A stretch of 64,000 nt of DNA, from contig OZ024747.1 in assembly GCA_964016885.1 (NCBI GenBank), forward strand, positions 21,762,001 to 21,826,000. The letters run 5' to 3'. The notes below the pieces were generated by a model that did no database searches, was not told the origin of the DNA, and was given only the letters and a program-made list of their open reading frames with translations. This document shows, piece after piece, positions 13,191 through 27,017 of this stretch; the first letter of the stretch is position 1; each line of letters starts with the position of its first letter. Origin of the DNA: Eledone cirrhosa. Taxonomy: Eukaryota. A program made the translations under genes and the position numbers.

Positions 13191-13591
13191 TAAACGGAAA
13201 AGAAAATGCTGACAAATTGTTCAGTGAAAAATAGTTTAATTAGGAATAAGTGAGAATTAGTAATAGTATTGGTTAGTATTCAGTTTTGGTTTTAAGTTTT
13301 ACCGGTTGCGCATCTCTAATGCTTTTCAAAAATAATTTTGAGAGAGAGAGTGATGTTTGCTCTAAACAGATCAGAGCAAACATCACGGATGCTCTATCTC
13401 AAAATTATTTTTGAAAAGCATTAGAAATGCGCAACCGGTAAAACTTAAAACCAAAACTGAATACTAACCAATACTATTACTAATTCTCACTTATTCCTAA
13501 TTAAACTATTTTTCACTGAACAATTTGTCAGCATTTTCTTTTCCGTTTACCAATATATCATAACTTGTGTGTTACACCTCTATTCTTTTAA

Positions 13592-13592
<1 letters not shown>
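13187..13592. mobile_element. Fold-back (palindromic) Penelope-like terminal fragment in (TA)n
   Basis: Near-perfect inverted arms ~13187-13363 / 13372-13553, flanked by (TA)n on both sides; each arm carries a hammerhead-like motif. Second copy at 52048-52420. Confidence 0.75.
13408..13443 (+). ncRNA. Variant minimal hammerhead-like ribozyme (U3-A8, A13C)
   Basis: ttt-TTGAAAA-gcatt aga aatgc-GCAAC-cg-GTA-aaa; mirror copy on the minus strand at ~13297-13333. Confidence 0.5.
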
Positions 13593-13649
<57 letters not shown>

Positions 13650-13885
13650 AGTTAATGTAATAATGATGATGATGACAATTGACTCTCATGAGTTCCTCCA
13701 CCTCTTGACATGTTTTGTTATTCATCCTACAGGGTGTTCATGCAACACAATGTTGTCCCTCACCATGCAAGCTTGGTGGGGCTGACTGACAATCCAACCA
13801 TACAACAGGTTGTACAGGGTTACATGTTACCAGTAGTGTTCATATGACACACACACATCAACACACACAGACACACACACACATA

Positions 13886-13947
<62 letters not shown>

Positions 13948-14024
13948 CAAAGAAACCAGCTGTTAAATGATCTTGATGATGATATACATATACACATATA
14001 CAGATACACACATATTTGCAGGTC

Positions 14025-15860
14025 TACATACATGCATATATCATATCTACACACATATACATGCATATATCATATCTACACACATATACATGCATATATC
14101 ATATCTACACACATATACATGCATATGTCATATCTACACACACATACATGCATATATCATATCTACACACACATATACATGCATATGTCATATCTACACA
14201 CACATATACATGCATATGTCATATCTACACACACACACACACTCACTCACTCACAAATCTAGCAAGGGAAAAAACAACAAGTTAAATGATGATATACACA
14301 CATACATACACATGTATATATCTATACACACATACACATGTATATATCTATACACACATACACATGTATATATCTATACACACATACATACACATGTATA
14401 TATCTATACACACATACATACACATGTATATATCTATACACACATACATACACATGTATATATCTATACACATACATACATACACATGTATATATCTATA
14501 CACACATACATACACATGTATATATCTATACACACATACATACACATGTATATATCTATACACACATACATACACATGTATATATCTATACACACATACA
14601 TACACATGTATATATCTATACACACATACATACACATGTATATATCTATACACACATACATACACATGTATATATCTATACACATACATACACATGTATA
14701 TATCTATACACATACATACATACACATGTATATATCTATACACATACATACATACACATGTATATATCTATACACACATACATACACATGTATATATCTA
14801 TACACACATACATACACATGTATATATCTATACACACATACATACACATGTATATATCTATACACACATACATACACATGTATATATCTATACACACATA
14901 CATACACATGTATATATCTATACACACATACATACACATGTATATATCTATACACACATACACATGTATATATCTATACACACATACACATGTATATATC
15001 TATACACACATACATACACATGTATATATCTATACACACATACATACACATGTATATATCTATACATACATACATACACATGTATATATCTATACATACA
15101 TACACATGTATATATCTATACACACATACATACACATGTATATATCTATACACACATACATACACATGTATATATCTATACATACATACATACACATGTA
15201 TATATCTATACACACATACATACATACATATATCTATACATACATACACATGCATATATCTATACATACATACACATGCATATATCTATACATACATACA
15301 CACATGCATATATCTATACATACATACACACATGCATATATCTATACATACACACACATGTATATATCTATACACACATACATATATCTATACACACATA
15401 CATATATCTATACACACATACACATGCATATATCTATACACACATACATACATATATCTACACACACACACATACATACATATATCTATACACACACACA
15501 TACATACATATATCTATACACACACACACACACATACATATATCTATCTATACACACACACACACATACATATATCTATCTATACACACACATACATATA
15601 TCTATCTATACACACACATACATATATCTATCTATACATACACACATACATACATATATCTATACATACACATACATATATCTATACACACACACATACA
15701 TACATCTATACATACACACACACATACATATATCTATACACACACATACATATATCTATACATACACACACACATACATATATCTATACATACACACACA
15801 CACATACATATATCTATACATACACACACACATACATATATCTATACATACACACACATC
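14025..15860. repeat. Microsatellite-derived minisatellite (TACA/TATC; core unit about 30 bp, catacacatgtatatatctatacacacata)
   Basis: Direct inspection; source of the His/Thr/Tyr/Ile pseudo-ORFs. Confidence 0.95.
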
Positions 15861-15929
15861 CTCAGTTGGATAAACACAAAATTAGAAGTTTAACATAAAT
15901 CAAACTAGATTCAAATGAGTAAATAAACA

Positions 15930-16153
15930 CTTTCTCCCTCCCTCTCCTCTCATCCTTTCTCACTCTCTCTCTCTCTCCTCTCTTTCTTTCTCTCACTCTC
16001 TCTCTCTCTCCTCTCTTTCTTTCTCTCGCTCTCTTCTTTCTCACTCACTCTCTTCTCTCTTTCTCCCTCCCTCTCCTCTCTTTCTTTCTCTCTCTTCTTT
16101 CTCACTCACTCTCTCCTCTTTTTCTTTCTCACTCTCCTCTCATCCTTTCTCAC

Positions 16154-16184
<31 letters not shown>

Positions 16185-16231
16185 CTCGCTCTCTTCTTTC
16201 TCACTCACTTTCTCCTCTCTCTCCTCTCTCT
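15930..16231. repeat. CT-rich low-complexity tract
   Basis: Direct inspection. Confidence 0.9.
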
Positions 16232-16479
16232 AAACAGACCCTGCCAAAGCCCCCCCCCCACCACAAGCCATGTTATTTATAGAAGACACTAGTTCTGGAT
16301 ATGTGTCAAAGTATTTGTCCTGTGTGTGTGTGTGTCTGTCTGTCTGTCTGTCTCTCACCCTCTCTCACCCTTCACTCCCTCCCCTTGCCCTCTCTCTCTC
16401 TCTCACCGGACTATATATATGCATTGTTGCATAATATATGCAGACAGAGGGTGCAGTGCACCCTACTGCTGCATTAAGT

Positions 16480-16648
16480 GGGGCCGAAACTCGAGTCCGG
16501 GAACTACTATAGGCACCCGTTTTACGTGTGTTGTATTGAAGCGAATAACTATGTGTATACTCTGGGAATGTATCCTACATTGCCTATTGAGTACGCTGAG
16601 ATACAACCGGTCCTGGCATTGATAAATATGCTGGGTCCGTCAACTCCT
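16480..16648 (+). mobile_element. Penelope-like 3' terminal fragment starting within a hammerhead (3' half only)
   Basis: ggcc-GAAAC-tcga-GTC-cggg at 16482-16501, plus the TACTC-hairpin-TTGAGTAC stem-loop at 16555-16594. Confidence 0.55.
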
Positions 16649-16833
16649 GGTGAATTGGCAGTATCAGTAGAGGGTCGGACGCCATGCTTTCCAGCATAGT
16701 TACGTCCCTTTATGATCTGAGTTCAAATCCCGTCGAGGTTAACTTTGCCTTTCATCCTTACGGGGTCGATAAAATAAAGTACCAGTAATGTACTGGTTGA
16801 ATTGCTGGCCTTGTGCCAAAAGTAGAAACTATT
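16649..16833 (+). mobile_element. tRNA-derived SINE, young copy
   Basis: A box TGGCAGTATCAG, B box GAGTTCAAATCC; nearly identical to 37354-37531. Confidence 0.9.
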
Positions 16834-16872
16834 ATATATATATATATATATATATAGTTTTAATATAGATGA

Positions 16873-16921
16873 GATTCTACAGGACTAGAACTGTTTCATT
16901 CTTTAGAAATCATCAGGAATC
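16873..16921 (-). ncRNA. Minimal type I hammerhead ribozyme (mirror copy)
   Basis: Exact reverse complement of 16923-16971. Confidence 0.8.
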
Positions 16922-16922
16922 T

Positions 16923-16971
16923 GATTCCTGATGATTTCTAAAGAATGAAACAGTTCTAGTCCTGTAGAATC
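16923..16971 (+). ncRNA. Minimal type I hammerhead ribozyme
   Basis: gattc-CTGATGA-tttc taaa gaat-GAAAC-ag ttctagtc ct-GTA-gaatc: complete core, 5-bp stem I, 4-bp stem III, GUA cleavage triplet. Confidence 0.85.
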
Positions 16972-17244
16972 TCATCTATATTAAAACTTGTATACTCTGC
17001 AATGTATTGAGTACCTTACTTACTGTGGTTACCTCCGATTCAACCCGGAATAACGTATATATATATATATATATATATCCTGTTCCCCTCTATCTCTACC
17101 TGTACCTCTTTCCCCTTCTCTCTATCTACGGCTATCGCTCCCCCTCTCCCTCTCTAAACCAGTTGCCCTGTTAAACCAGACAAATGAGTGACAGCAAAAG
17201 AAGTGAAACAATCTACAGAACAGTCATATTTTCAGACAGATTTC

Positions 17245-17720
17245 TACAACATATAGTGCTGCTTCTGCCCTCCTCTCTAATAAATAGTACTACCTCCCCC
17301 TCTTACCAATATATAGTACTGCCTCCCTAGCCCTCGTACCAACATATAGTGTTACCTCCTCCTTCTTACCAACATATAGTGCTACCACCCTCCCCTTCTC
17401 TCCAACATATAGTGTTACCTCCTCCCTCTTACCAACATATAGTGCTACCACCACCCTCTTACCAATATATTGTACTCGCTCCTCCCCCCTCTTATCAATA
17501 TATAGTACTGCTTCCCTCCTCCAACATATAGTGCTCGCTCCCCCTCTTACCAATATATAGTGTTATCTTCCCCCCTCTCTACAACATATAGTGCTCCCCC
17601 CCCCTCTTATCAATATATAGTACTGCCTCCCTCCTCCAACATATAGTGCTCTTTCCCCCTCTTACCAATATATAGTGTTATCTTCCCCCCCTCTCTACAA
17701 CATATAGTGCTGCCCCTCTC
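17245..17720. repeat. Diverged ~30-bp minisatellite
   Basis: Unit approximately caacatatagtgctnccccccctcttac. Confidence 0.85.
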
Positions 17721-17955
17721 CATGGGTCACCGTAGTAACATACAGCAGTGTGTCTTGGGGGGTATTTGAAACCTAGCGAAGCCCATCTCTTTCCAGATCT
17801 AAAGGTAGCAGATTTCTTCCAGAGAAGGAGAGAGAGAGAAAGTGATAGAGAGGAAGAATCATCCCCAGTACAGGACTGGTACTTCATCCACCTCGAAAAG
17901 ATGAAAGGTGAGGTTGACCTCAGTAGGATTTGAACTCAGATTGCACAGAGCCTAT

Positions 17956-18094
<139 letters not shown>

Positions 18095-18379
18095 CCATCT
18101 GTGCCTTCATATCAAGACCATTTAAAATAAAGGGCTTTGTTTATGTCCTGCACAATCAATACAACGTGAAGCATATGTCATACTTTAAAAAATATAAAGT
18201 ACAAGTTGGCATTTGGAAGGGCATCCACTCATGGAAAAACTCCTACAAAAAAATCTCATCCAACCCCTGGAAAAGCAGGCTTAAAAACAATGAAGATGAT
18301 GATGCTACACATAAACACACACACACCACACACATAACTTAGGCCATGCAGACACTTAACATTTATACATGTTAAACTA

Positions 18380-18561
18380 ATAATTGTTTCTACTTTTGGC
18401 ACAAGGCCAGCAATTACCCAGAGCATTACTGGTACTTTATTTTATCGACCCCGTAAGAATGAAAGGTAAAGTTAACCTCGGCGGGATTTGAACTCAGAAT
18501 GGCAAGGGCCGTAACTCTATACGTCAAAGCATGGCATCCGACCCTCTACTGATACTGCCAC
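18380..18561 (-). mobile_element. tRNA-derived SINE
   Basis: Reverse complement of the 16649/37354 family. Confidence 0.9.
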
Positions 18562-19156
18562 TAATAATGATTGTGATGGTGATGATGATGACAATGATGC
18601 TGGCAATAAGTGTGTGTGTGTGTGTGTGTGTGCACGCTCTCTCAAACACACACACACACACACGCACTTTAGACATCTAAAAAGCAACTTCACACTTGAC
18701 AAAACAAACCTTCATCTATATGCAATAACATGTCCACCTCTAAAATGTCCCCCTCTCTCTCATACTATTAAGGTTTATGCTCTCTTGAACATGCTAACTG
18801 TATTGTACCTCTACTTAAAAACTCTCATTCCCTTCTTTTCCCATCCCTTACTACTATATATCACTCTTTAGACCTAGCATTTGGCATCTCACCTAATCCT
18901 TCCTAGAAATAGCTGCATTCCTCTAACTTCTTCCACATTAACTTTTAACATTCTCTAATGATTTAACAGAAAATATCTAAAAGGCAGGTTTGTTATTTCA
19001 TATGTTTATAGTAATTTTACTAGTGGACAAATCATTATGAAAAATTTGCAATTTTAGAGTAAAGACTTTGTCATGTGAAGCAGACAGTGTTGTTTCGTAC
19101 TTTTTAAGAATGTCTTGCTAATATGGTTTCATGTGGTGCAGGATGTTAAGACTTAA

Positions 19157-19365
19157 CTCTTTAGCATTTATATTACTCTATATTTACTATTGTATTTTCG
19201 TAGTAAACACTTTATTTCATATAATATGGAATCTACGAGATTTTGATATTACTTATTTTGAGAAGAATACCTTAATGTCAGTATGAGTGGCCAGTTACGG
19301 CCAGTTTGAACAAAAAGAAGTGAGAGAATTCTGGCCAGATACAGCCGGTTTAAATGCAAAAAGGG
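19157..19365. mobile_element. piggyBac-like MITE
   Basis: TTAA at 19153-19156 and 19366-19369; TIRs ctctttagcattta / taaatgcaaaaaggg. Confidence 0.85.
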
Positions 19366-19692
19366 TTAATGTTTAGCTATTCCCAACCACTGGCCATCAA
19401 TAGCTTAAACTGACCATTCAAAGTTATAAGTGAGCATTACCTAAATTTGTTTACCATGTAATGAGTTGGAAAGGCTAATGGTAGTTCCATTCCTTTACAG
19501 AATAAGTTAGTGACGGAGGATAGCGGCAGTGAAATGAGAAATAAGTGAAAGAGGTTCAGAGAGGGAGCTAGTAAAATTATGTACCAAGGGCAAACTTAGC
19601 TGTAACACTAACATAATGTGATGCATAATATGAAGCCATATAAGATATGTTTATGAATAATAAAATTATAACGCTTGCTATGACTGTTTTAA

Positions 19693-19897
19693 CCCTTTAA
19701 TGTTCAAACTGGCCAGAATTCTCTACCTTTTTCTGTTGAAACTGGCTGTAACCGGTCGCTCAAACTGATGTTAAGGTATTGTTCTCAAAATAAATACTTT
19801 CAAAATCTCATAGATTTGATATTATGTGAGATAATTATGTGAGATAATTACCATGAAAATATAATAGTATATATAGAGTAATGTGAACGCTAAAGGG
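19693..19897. mobile_element. piggyBac-like MITE, inverted relative to the 19157 copy
   Basis: TTAA at 19689-19692 and 19898-19901; CCC...GGG termini. Confidence 0.85.
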
Positions 19898-21724
19898 TTA
19901 AGCTGTGACTATACCACAGCTTTCACAGTAGATATGTGAGACTGCCAGACACTAGTATGTCTGGATTTTTTAGCCATCATCAGTGACATTTACTTACTCA
20001 GTACTGAGATAAGAATAAGCTACAGCTTATATACATTTTGTATATAAAACACCCGCTGGAGAAGTTCATTTACATATAGGAAATGATTGATTAACTGGGA
20101 TTAATTAGCAGTAACATTCAAATTCTGGGATTCTTAATATAAGTGTAATAGAAGGTGTATACAATATGTTTATGTATAATAAACATACATAAGTCTCACT
20201 ATGCAAACTGGAGCGTAAGTGAACTGAGAGAGTGCCTAAGAGTATTAAAAATATCACCCAATGTATGTGAGACATTACTTGTACAGATATGAACATGCGA
20301 CACATTCGATGAAACATGTTGAGTGAAAAGGCATTGTCTGTTATATTTGTGACAAAGAAAGACCAAGGAAGGTATTGACAAAAAGGAAATTGACAAAACC
20401 TCATGCAAGTCATGCCAGTAAGGAAAATCAAATGTTAAATCTACAATTACAATGAAATTATGTAACATGGTAGTTACACACCCATGACTCAGTGGGGATA
20501 TCCAGGATGTAATAGCTAGGAGAGAAGGCTGCACCAACACTGGATGCACTGGGTCACTAATTTCTTTATTGACCCAGAAAGAAGGGAAAGCAAAGTAGAT
20601 ATCAGTGTGATTTGAATACAGAGCAACAGAGAGCTACAATAAACACAGTAACACATTCTATCTAACTCTAACAACTCTGACAAAATGATCATTTTTGAAT
20701 ATGTGTACATATGTATAGTTTGTGTTGGGTATGTGTGTTTACTTTAACTGGTACAATTTAAAATTATGACAGCTAAGAAAGTAAGAAACTGAATTGACAC
20801 AAACACTCAACACTATCACCACTGCCAAAACAAACAAAAAATTACAATATTAACAGAATAATCTCCACCTACCCCTCTAAATAAAATAGATTTATTTATC
20901 AATCAAATTAAAATTTCAAAAGGGATGATTAAGCTTATTTTTAATTCCCAAATATTAAAAATCTTGAATATAACCCTTAATGAAAATACAAAACACTACA
21001 GTTACAAAATGTTAAAAATTGAAGTCTTTAGTTTAGTACAAATTTTTATGTTATATTTGGGGAGGGTCATGTTGTCCTAATATTGCCAGAAAAATATAGT
21101 AAAACACACTGTTTGGTTTGGTTTGGTTTGGTTTGGTTTGGTTTTCGCTTCAGTGTATGACTCTTCCCAAATATAACAATATCTGTTTCAACACACGATT
21201 TCATATCAAAAACCTTGTAAAATAAATACATTGCTTTTATAATGTTCTATTTACTGATAATGTTGCTATAAACATTTGAATTAACAAATCTGTTTTAGAT
21301 ATTTTTTGCTAAATCATATATATGATGCCAAAAGAGTTAAAATCTTTTACAAGTCCTAAACATTATTAATTATATTTATTTAGTTTGTTTTAATTTCTCA
21401 AAGGTATTCGTTATAGAGAAAGAGGTAGGCTTCAACATATAAAGAAAAAGAAAAAAACTAAATTTATATGTTCAAGATCTTAAAAATGGATGATAATTAC
21501 AGTTGGAGCACATTTGATTATAGGTCTACTTGATCCAAACTGACCATCATTATTCAACATCCATTTTCTATAGTTGCATGGGTTAGATGGATTATTATGC
21601 ACCGAAGCTAGAAAGGTAGTCACATTTACTCATACATTCCATTACTGACTTCGTTTCTAGAGCTAATTAATAATCTTCTATTCACTGGTGAAGATTCTAT
21701 AAACATTTGCTAATGCCAACAGCT

Positions 21725-22965
21725 TTACAGCATGTACTGGCAACATTTCATCCTGACTTCAGCTCTACCATCTTACAGGGTGGACTGGGTGCTTTTTGTT
21801 GTGGCACCAGCACTACCAATTTACAGTGTGGGCTGGGTGCATTTCATCCTGACTAACACTACCATCTTACAGGGTGGACTGGGTGCTTTTTGTTGTGGCA
21901 TCAGCACTACCAATTTACAGTGTGGGCTGGGTGCATTTCATCCCGACTCTAACACTACCATCTTACAGGGTGGACTGGGTGCTTTTTGTTGTGGCACCAG
22001 CACTACCATTTTACAGGGTGGACTGGGTGCTTTTTGTTGTGGCATCAGCACTACCAATTTACAGTGTGGGCTGGGTGCCTTTCATCCTGACTCTAACACT
22101 ACCATCTTACAGGGTGGACTGGGTGCTTTTTGTTGTGGCACCAGCACTACCAATTTACAGTGTGGGCTGGGTGCCTTTCATCCTGACTCTAACACTACCA
22201 TTTTACAGGGTGGACTGGGTGCTTTTTTTGTTGTGGCACCAGCACTCCCAATTTACAGTGTGGGCTGGGTGCATTTCATCCTGACTCTAACACTACCATC
22301 TTACAGGGTGGACTGGGTGCTTTTTGTTGTGGCACCAGCACTCCCAATTTACAGTGTGGGCTGGGTGCATTTCATCCTGACTCTAACACTACCATCTTAC
22401 AGGGTGGACTGGGTGCTTTTTGTTGTGGCATCAGCACTACCAATTTACAGTGTGGGCTGGGTGCCTTTCATCCTGACTCTAACACTACCATCTTACAGGG
22501 TGGACTGGGTGCTTTTTGTTGTGGCACCAGCACTACCAATTTACAGTGTGGGCTGGGTGCCTTTCATCCTGACTCTAACACTACCATTTTACAGGGTGGA
22601 CTGGGTGCTTTTTTTGTTGTGGCACCAGCACTCCCAATTTACAGTGTGGGCTGGGTGCATTTCATCCTGACTCTAACACTACCATCTTACAGGGTGGACT
22701 GGGTGCTTTTTGTTGTGGCACCAGCACTCCCAATTTACAGTGTGGGCTGGGTGCATTTCATCCTGACTCTAACACTACCATCTTACAGGGTGGACTGGGT
22801 GCTTTTTGTTGTGGCACCAGCACTCCCAATTTACAGTGTGGGCTGGGTGCATTTCATCCTGACTCTAACACTACCATCTTACAGGGTGGACTGGGTGCTT
22901 TTTGTTGTGGCACCAGCACTACCAATTTACAGTGTGGGCTGGGTGCATTTCATCATGGCACCAAT
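21725..22965. repeat. ~97-bp dimeric minisatellite (two related ~48-49 bp subunits), about 12 dimers
   Basis: Subunits ttacagggtggactgggtgctttttgttgtggcaccagcactaccaat and ttacagtgtgggctgggtgcatttcatcctgactctaacactaccatc. Confidence 0.95.
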
Positions 22966-23344
22966 ACTCTTTTATTACGACACCAGAGTGCTTGTGTCCT
23001 TGGCTAGGATGAGGAAACATTGAGGGATGGGGGAAAGAATGAGAGGGATCTGACTATATACTGCTTGCAAACATAATGTGAATACATATATTAGACGTGT
23101 AATATATATCCAACTCTTGCTCACAGGAAAACAGATATTAAATGACGAGGGGGGGGGGGGGGGATAATCAAATACAAAAATTCTTTATTTTTCTGATCTA
23201 TGTTTGGTTAATGAACAATAAGATTCAGTATCAAAACAATGTCACCTTTTTGTAGTTACCCTAAATAAATCAATGTTTTATATTGTAGCAAATCACCATT
23301 CCCATTCTTATTCAACAGTCTTGGTGAACAAAACTCTCATGATT

Positions 23345-23445
23345 TCAGAGACAATTGGAGGGATCCCTGCGAGGTTGAGTGGCTGTTGCAGTGGGTATCA
23401 CTGGTCATCGTCTGTGGGAATGCTTTTGCCGTTTTTGTCCGCAGG
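23345..23445 (+). mobile_element. Small fossil of a CRE-like (RLE) retrotransposon C-terminus
   Basis: RDPCEVEWLLQWVSLVIVCGNAFAV resembles the DPRE..FL.QR.S.AI.RGNA..V terminus of CRE-type ORFs. Confidence 0.55.
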
Positions 23446-23597
23446 GTGAAGCACTACTGCCCTCTTGCTCTAGGCCCAAAGCCCAATCACCCTCCCCCTT
23501 CACTCCTCCCAACTAGACTATATTGATATATATTAAAAATAAAAAAAAATAAATATAGAGACTAACAAGCTGCTATTTCACTTGGTGGGTCACACAT

Positions 23598-26000
23598 TTG
23601 GATAGCAGTAAAGTTTATCTCTGGCCAGAGACACAGCAGGGATCAACCACTTGGATAGCAGTAGAGTTTATCTCTGGCCAGAGACACAGCAGGGATCAAC
23701 CAGTTGGATAGCAGTAGAGTTTATCTCTGGCCAGAGACACAGCAGGGATCAACCAGTTGGATAGCAGTAGAGTTTATCTCTGGCCAGAGACACAGCAGGG
23801 ATCAACCAGTTGGATAGCAGTAGAGTTTATCTCTGACCAGAGACACAGCAGGGATCAACCAGTTGGATAGCAGTAAAGTTTATCTCTGGCCAGAGACACA
23901 GCAGGGATCAACCAGTTGGATAGCAGTAGAGTTTATCTCTGGCCAGAGACACAGCAGGGATCAACCACTTGGATAGCAGTAAAGTTTATCTCTGGCCAGA
24001 GACACAGCAGGGATCAACCAGTTGGATAGCAGTAGAGTTTATCTCTGACCAGTAACACAGCAGGGATCAACCACTTGGATAGCAGTAAAGTTTATCTCTG
24101 GACAGAGACACAGCAGGGATCAACCAGTTGGATAGCAGTAGAGTTTATCTCTGGCCAGAGACACAGCAGGGATCAACCAGTTGGATAGCAGACACAGCAG
24201 GGATCAACCAGTTGGATAGCAGTAGAGTTTATCTCTGACCAGAGACACAGCAGGGATCAACCAGTTGGATAGCAGTAAAGTTTATCTCTGGCCAGAGACA
24301 CAGCAGGGATCAACCAGTTGGATAGCAGTAGAGTTTATCTCTGGCCAGAGACACAGCAGGGATCAACCACTTGGATAGCAGTAAAGTTTATCTCTGGCCA
24401 GAGACACAGCAGGGATCAACCAGTTGGATAGCAGTAGAGTTTATCTCTGGCCAGAGACACAGCAGGGATCAACCAGTTGGATAGCAGTAGAGTTTATCTC
24501 TGACCAGTAACACAGCAGGGATCAACCAGTTGGATAGCAGTAGAGTTTATCTCTGACCAGTAACACAGCAGGGATCAACCAGTTGGATAGCAGTAGAGTT
24601 TATCTCTGGCCAGAGACACAGCAGGGATCAACCAGTTGGATAGCAGTAGAGTTTATCTCTGACCAGTAACACAGCAGGGATCAACCAGTTGGATAGCAGT
24701 AGAGTTTATCTCTGGCCAGAGACACAGCAGGGATCAACCACTTGGATAGCAGTAAAGTTTATCTCTGGCCAGAGACACAGCAGGGATCAACCAGTTGGAT
24801 AGCAGTAGAGTTTATCTCTGACCAGTAACACAGCAGGGATCAACCAGTTGGATAGCAGTAGAGTTTATCTCTGGCCAGAGACACAGCAGGGATCAACCAG
24901 TTGGATAGCAGTAGAGTTTATCTCTGGCCAGAGACACAGCAGGGATCAACCAGTTGGATAGCAGTAGAGTTTATCTCTGACCAGTAACACAGCAGGGATC
25001 AACCAGTTGAATAGCAGTAGAGTTTATCTCTGACCAGAGACACAGCAGGGATCAACCAGTTGGTTAGCAGTAGAGTTTATCTCTGGCCAGAGACACGGCA
25101 GGGATCAACCAGTTGGATAGCAGTAGAGTTTATCTCTGGCCAGTAACACAGCAGGGATCAACCAGTTGAATAGCAGTAGAGTTTATCTCTGACCAGAGAC
25201 ACAACAGGGATCAACCAGTTGGATAGCAGTAGAGTTTATCTCTGGCCAGAGACACAGCAGGGATCAACCAGTTGGATAGCAGTAAAGTTTATCTCTGACC
25301 AGTAACACAGCAGGGATCAACCAGCTGGGTAGCAGTAGAGTTTATCTCTGACCAGTAACACAGCAGGGATCAACCAGTTGGATAGCAGTAAAGTTTATCT
25401 CTGACCAGTAACACAGCAGGGATCAACCACTTGGATAGCAGTAGAGTTTATCTCTGGCCAGAGACACAGCAGGGATCAACCAGTTGGATAGCAGTAGAGT
25501 TTATCTCTGGCCAGAGACACAGCAGGGATCAACCAGTTGGATAGCAGTAGAGTTTATCTCTGACCAGAGACACAGCAGGGATCAACCAGTTGGATAGCAG
25601 TAAAGTTTATCTCTGGCCAGAGACACAGCAGGGATCAACCAGTTGGATAGCAGTAGAGTTTATCTCTGGCCAGAGACACAGCAGGGATCAACCACTTGGA
25701 TAGCAGTAAAGTTTATCTCTGGCCAGAGACACAGCAGGGATCAACCAGTTGGATAGCAGTAGAGTTTATCTCTGACCAGTAACACAGCAGGGATCAACCA
25801 CTTGGATAGCAGTAAAGTTTATCTCTGGACAGAGACACAGCAGGGATCAACCAGTTGGATAGCAGTAGAGTTTATCTCTGACCAGAGACACAGCAGGGAT
25901 CAACCAGTTGGATAGCAGTAGAGTTTATCTCTGGCCAGAGACAGCAGGGATCAACCAGTTGGATAGCAGTAGAGTTTATCTCTGGCCAGAGACACAGCAG
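23598..26000. repeat. 53-bp minisatellite, about 45 copies
   Basis: Unit ttggatagcagtagagtttatctctggccagagacacagcagggatcaaccag; diverged monomers at the flanks. Confidence 0.97.
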
Positions 26001-26639
26001 CAGGTCTCATTCTGCTATATAGCAATGACCAACTGACTGCCATCTTACTGGTCACACAATTGGATAGCAGTAGAACTTAGCTCTGGCCAATGACTTGACC
26101 ACTGCTGGCTGGAAGCCAGTGACTATGGCAACCACACCATCTACCTCTCTCTCTCATTCTCCTACTTGATCTACAATGATCTGCTAGTTTTCTGACACCT
26201 GCCAATCTATTTATCTCTTTTTCTCTAATTCTTGACTCACATCTTTAGCCAGCCTCTCTCACTTCTCCCCCTCTCTCTGCATCTATTTACAAACTCACAC
26301 TGTTTATTATTATCCAACCAATAAACTCTGTCAAAGACTTGAAACTACTTCTCATCTAACCAACATGTCAAGATTTATTGATTTGTAAATTCTGTAAATT
26401 CTCTAAACTTTGAAATACCAATTCCAAATTAGTTATTAAAATATTAAAACATCATTTTAGACAGAGCAAAATGTATTCGTTCCTTCTATTTCCATACACC
26501 ATACATTGTTTTTGGTTTACTTTTGTTAATATATATTTTGACCAGAGATTGGATGTTGTCTTGTTGGTGGTTCTTTCATGTATATATGGTCCCGTAACTC
26601 CTGATAGAGTCATAGGGGTGTCGTATTCACATACAGTGT

Positions 26640-26876
26640 TTCTTGGGTATTTTAAGCCTGGCGGAGTCCATCCTTCTCCAGGCCTGAGTACAGCAGATTT
26701 CTTCCAGAGAGAGGAAGAATTGACCCCAGTACTAGAGTGGTACTTTTTTTTTTATCGACCTCGAATGGATGAAAGGCAACGTTGACCTTGGTCGGATTTG
26801 AACTCAGAGAGCAGAGAGTCGGAACAAATGCTGTAAAACATCCTATCCAATGTTCTAACGACTCTGCCAATTCACT
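26640..26876 (-). mobile_element. tRNA-derived SINE, alternative-tail subfamily
   Basis: A/B boxes and core present; homologous to 4530-4735. Confidence 0.8.
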
Positions 26877-27017
26877 GTACTATTGGATAATTATCATCTT
26901 AACAAAAATAATCATAAACAGATCAATAAACCATCTGGAAAAACATATTTCAAATATCAAAAAAATAATAACCTAGGGTACTTTCACTTGGTAAAAAGAC
27001 GGAATGAAGCAGTAGTG

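Larger units (their letters stand above)
16856..17056 (+). mobile_element. Fold-back Penelope-like terminal fragment in (TA)n
   Basis: Perfect 66-bp inverted arms 16856-16921 / 16923-16988, then a 68-bp unique tail; (TA)n on both sides. Confidence 0.8.

Noticed and set aside
13967-15898. ORFs of 511-643 aa rich in H/T/Y/I
   Set aside because: All three frames are open because the TACA/TATC repeat lacks stops; no domain content.
21732-23023. Hydrophobic repeat ORFs resembling membrane proteins
   Set aside because: The frame cycles with the 97-bp period of a minisatellite.
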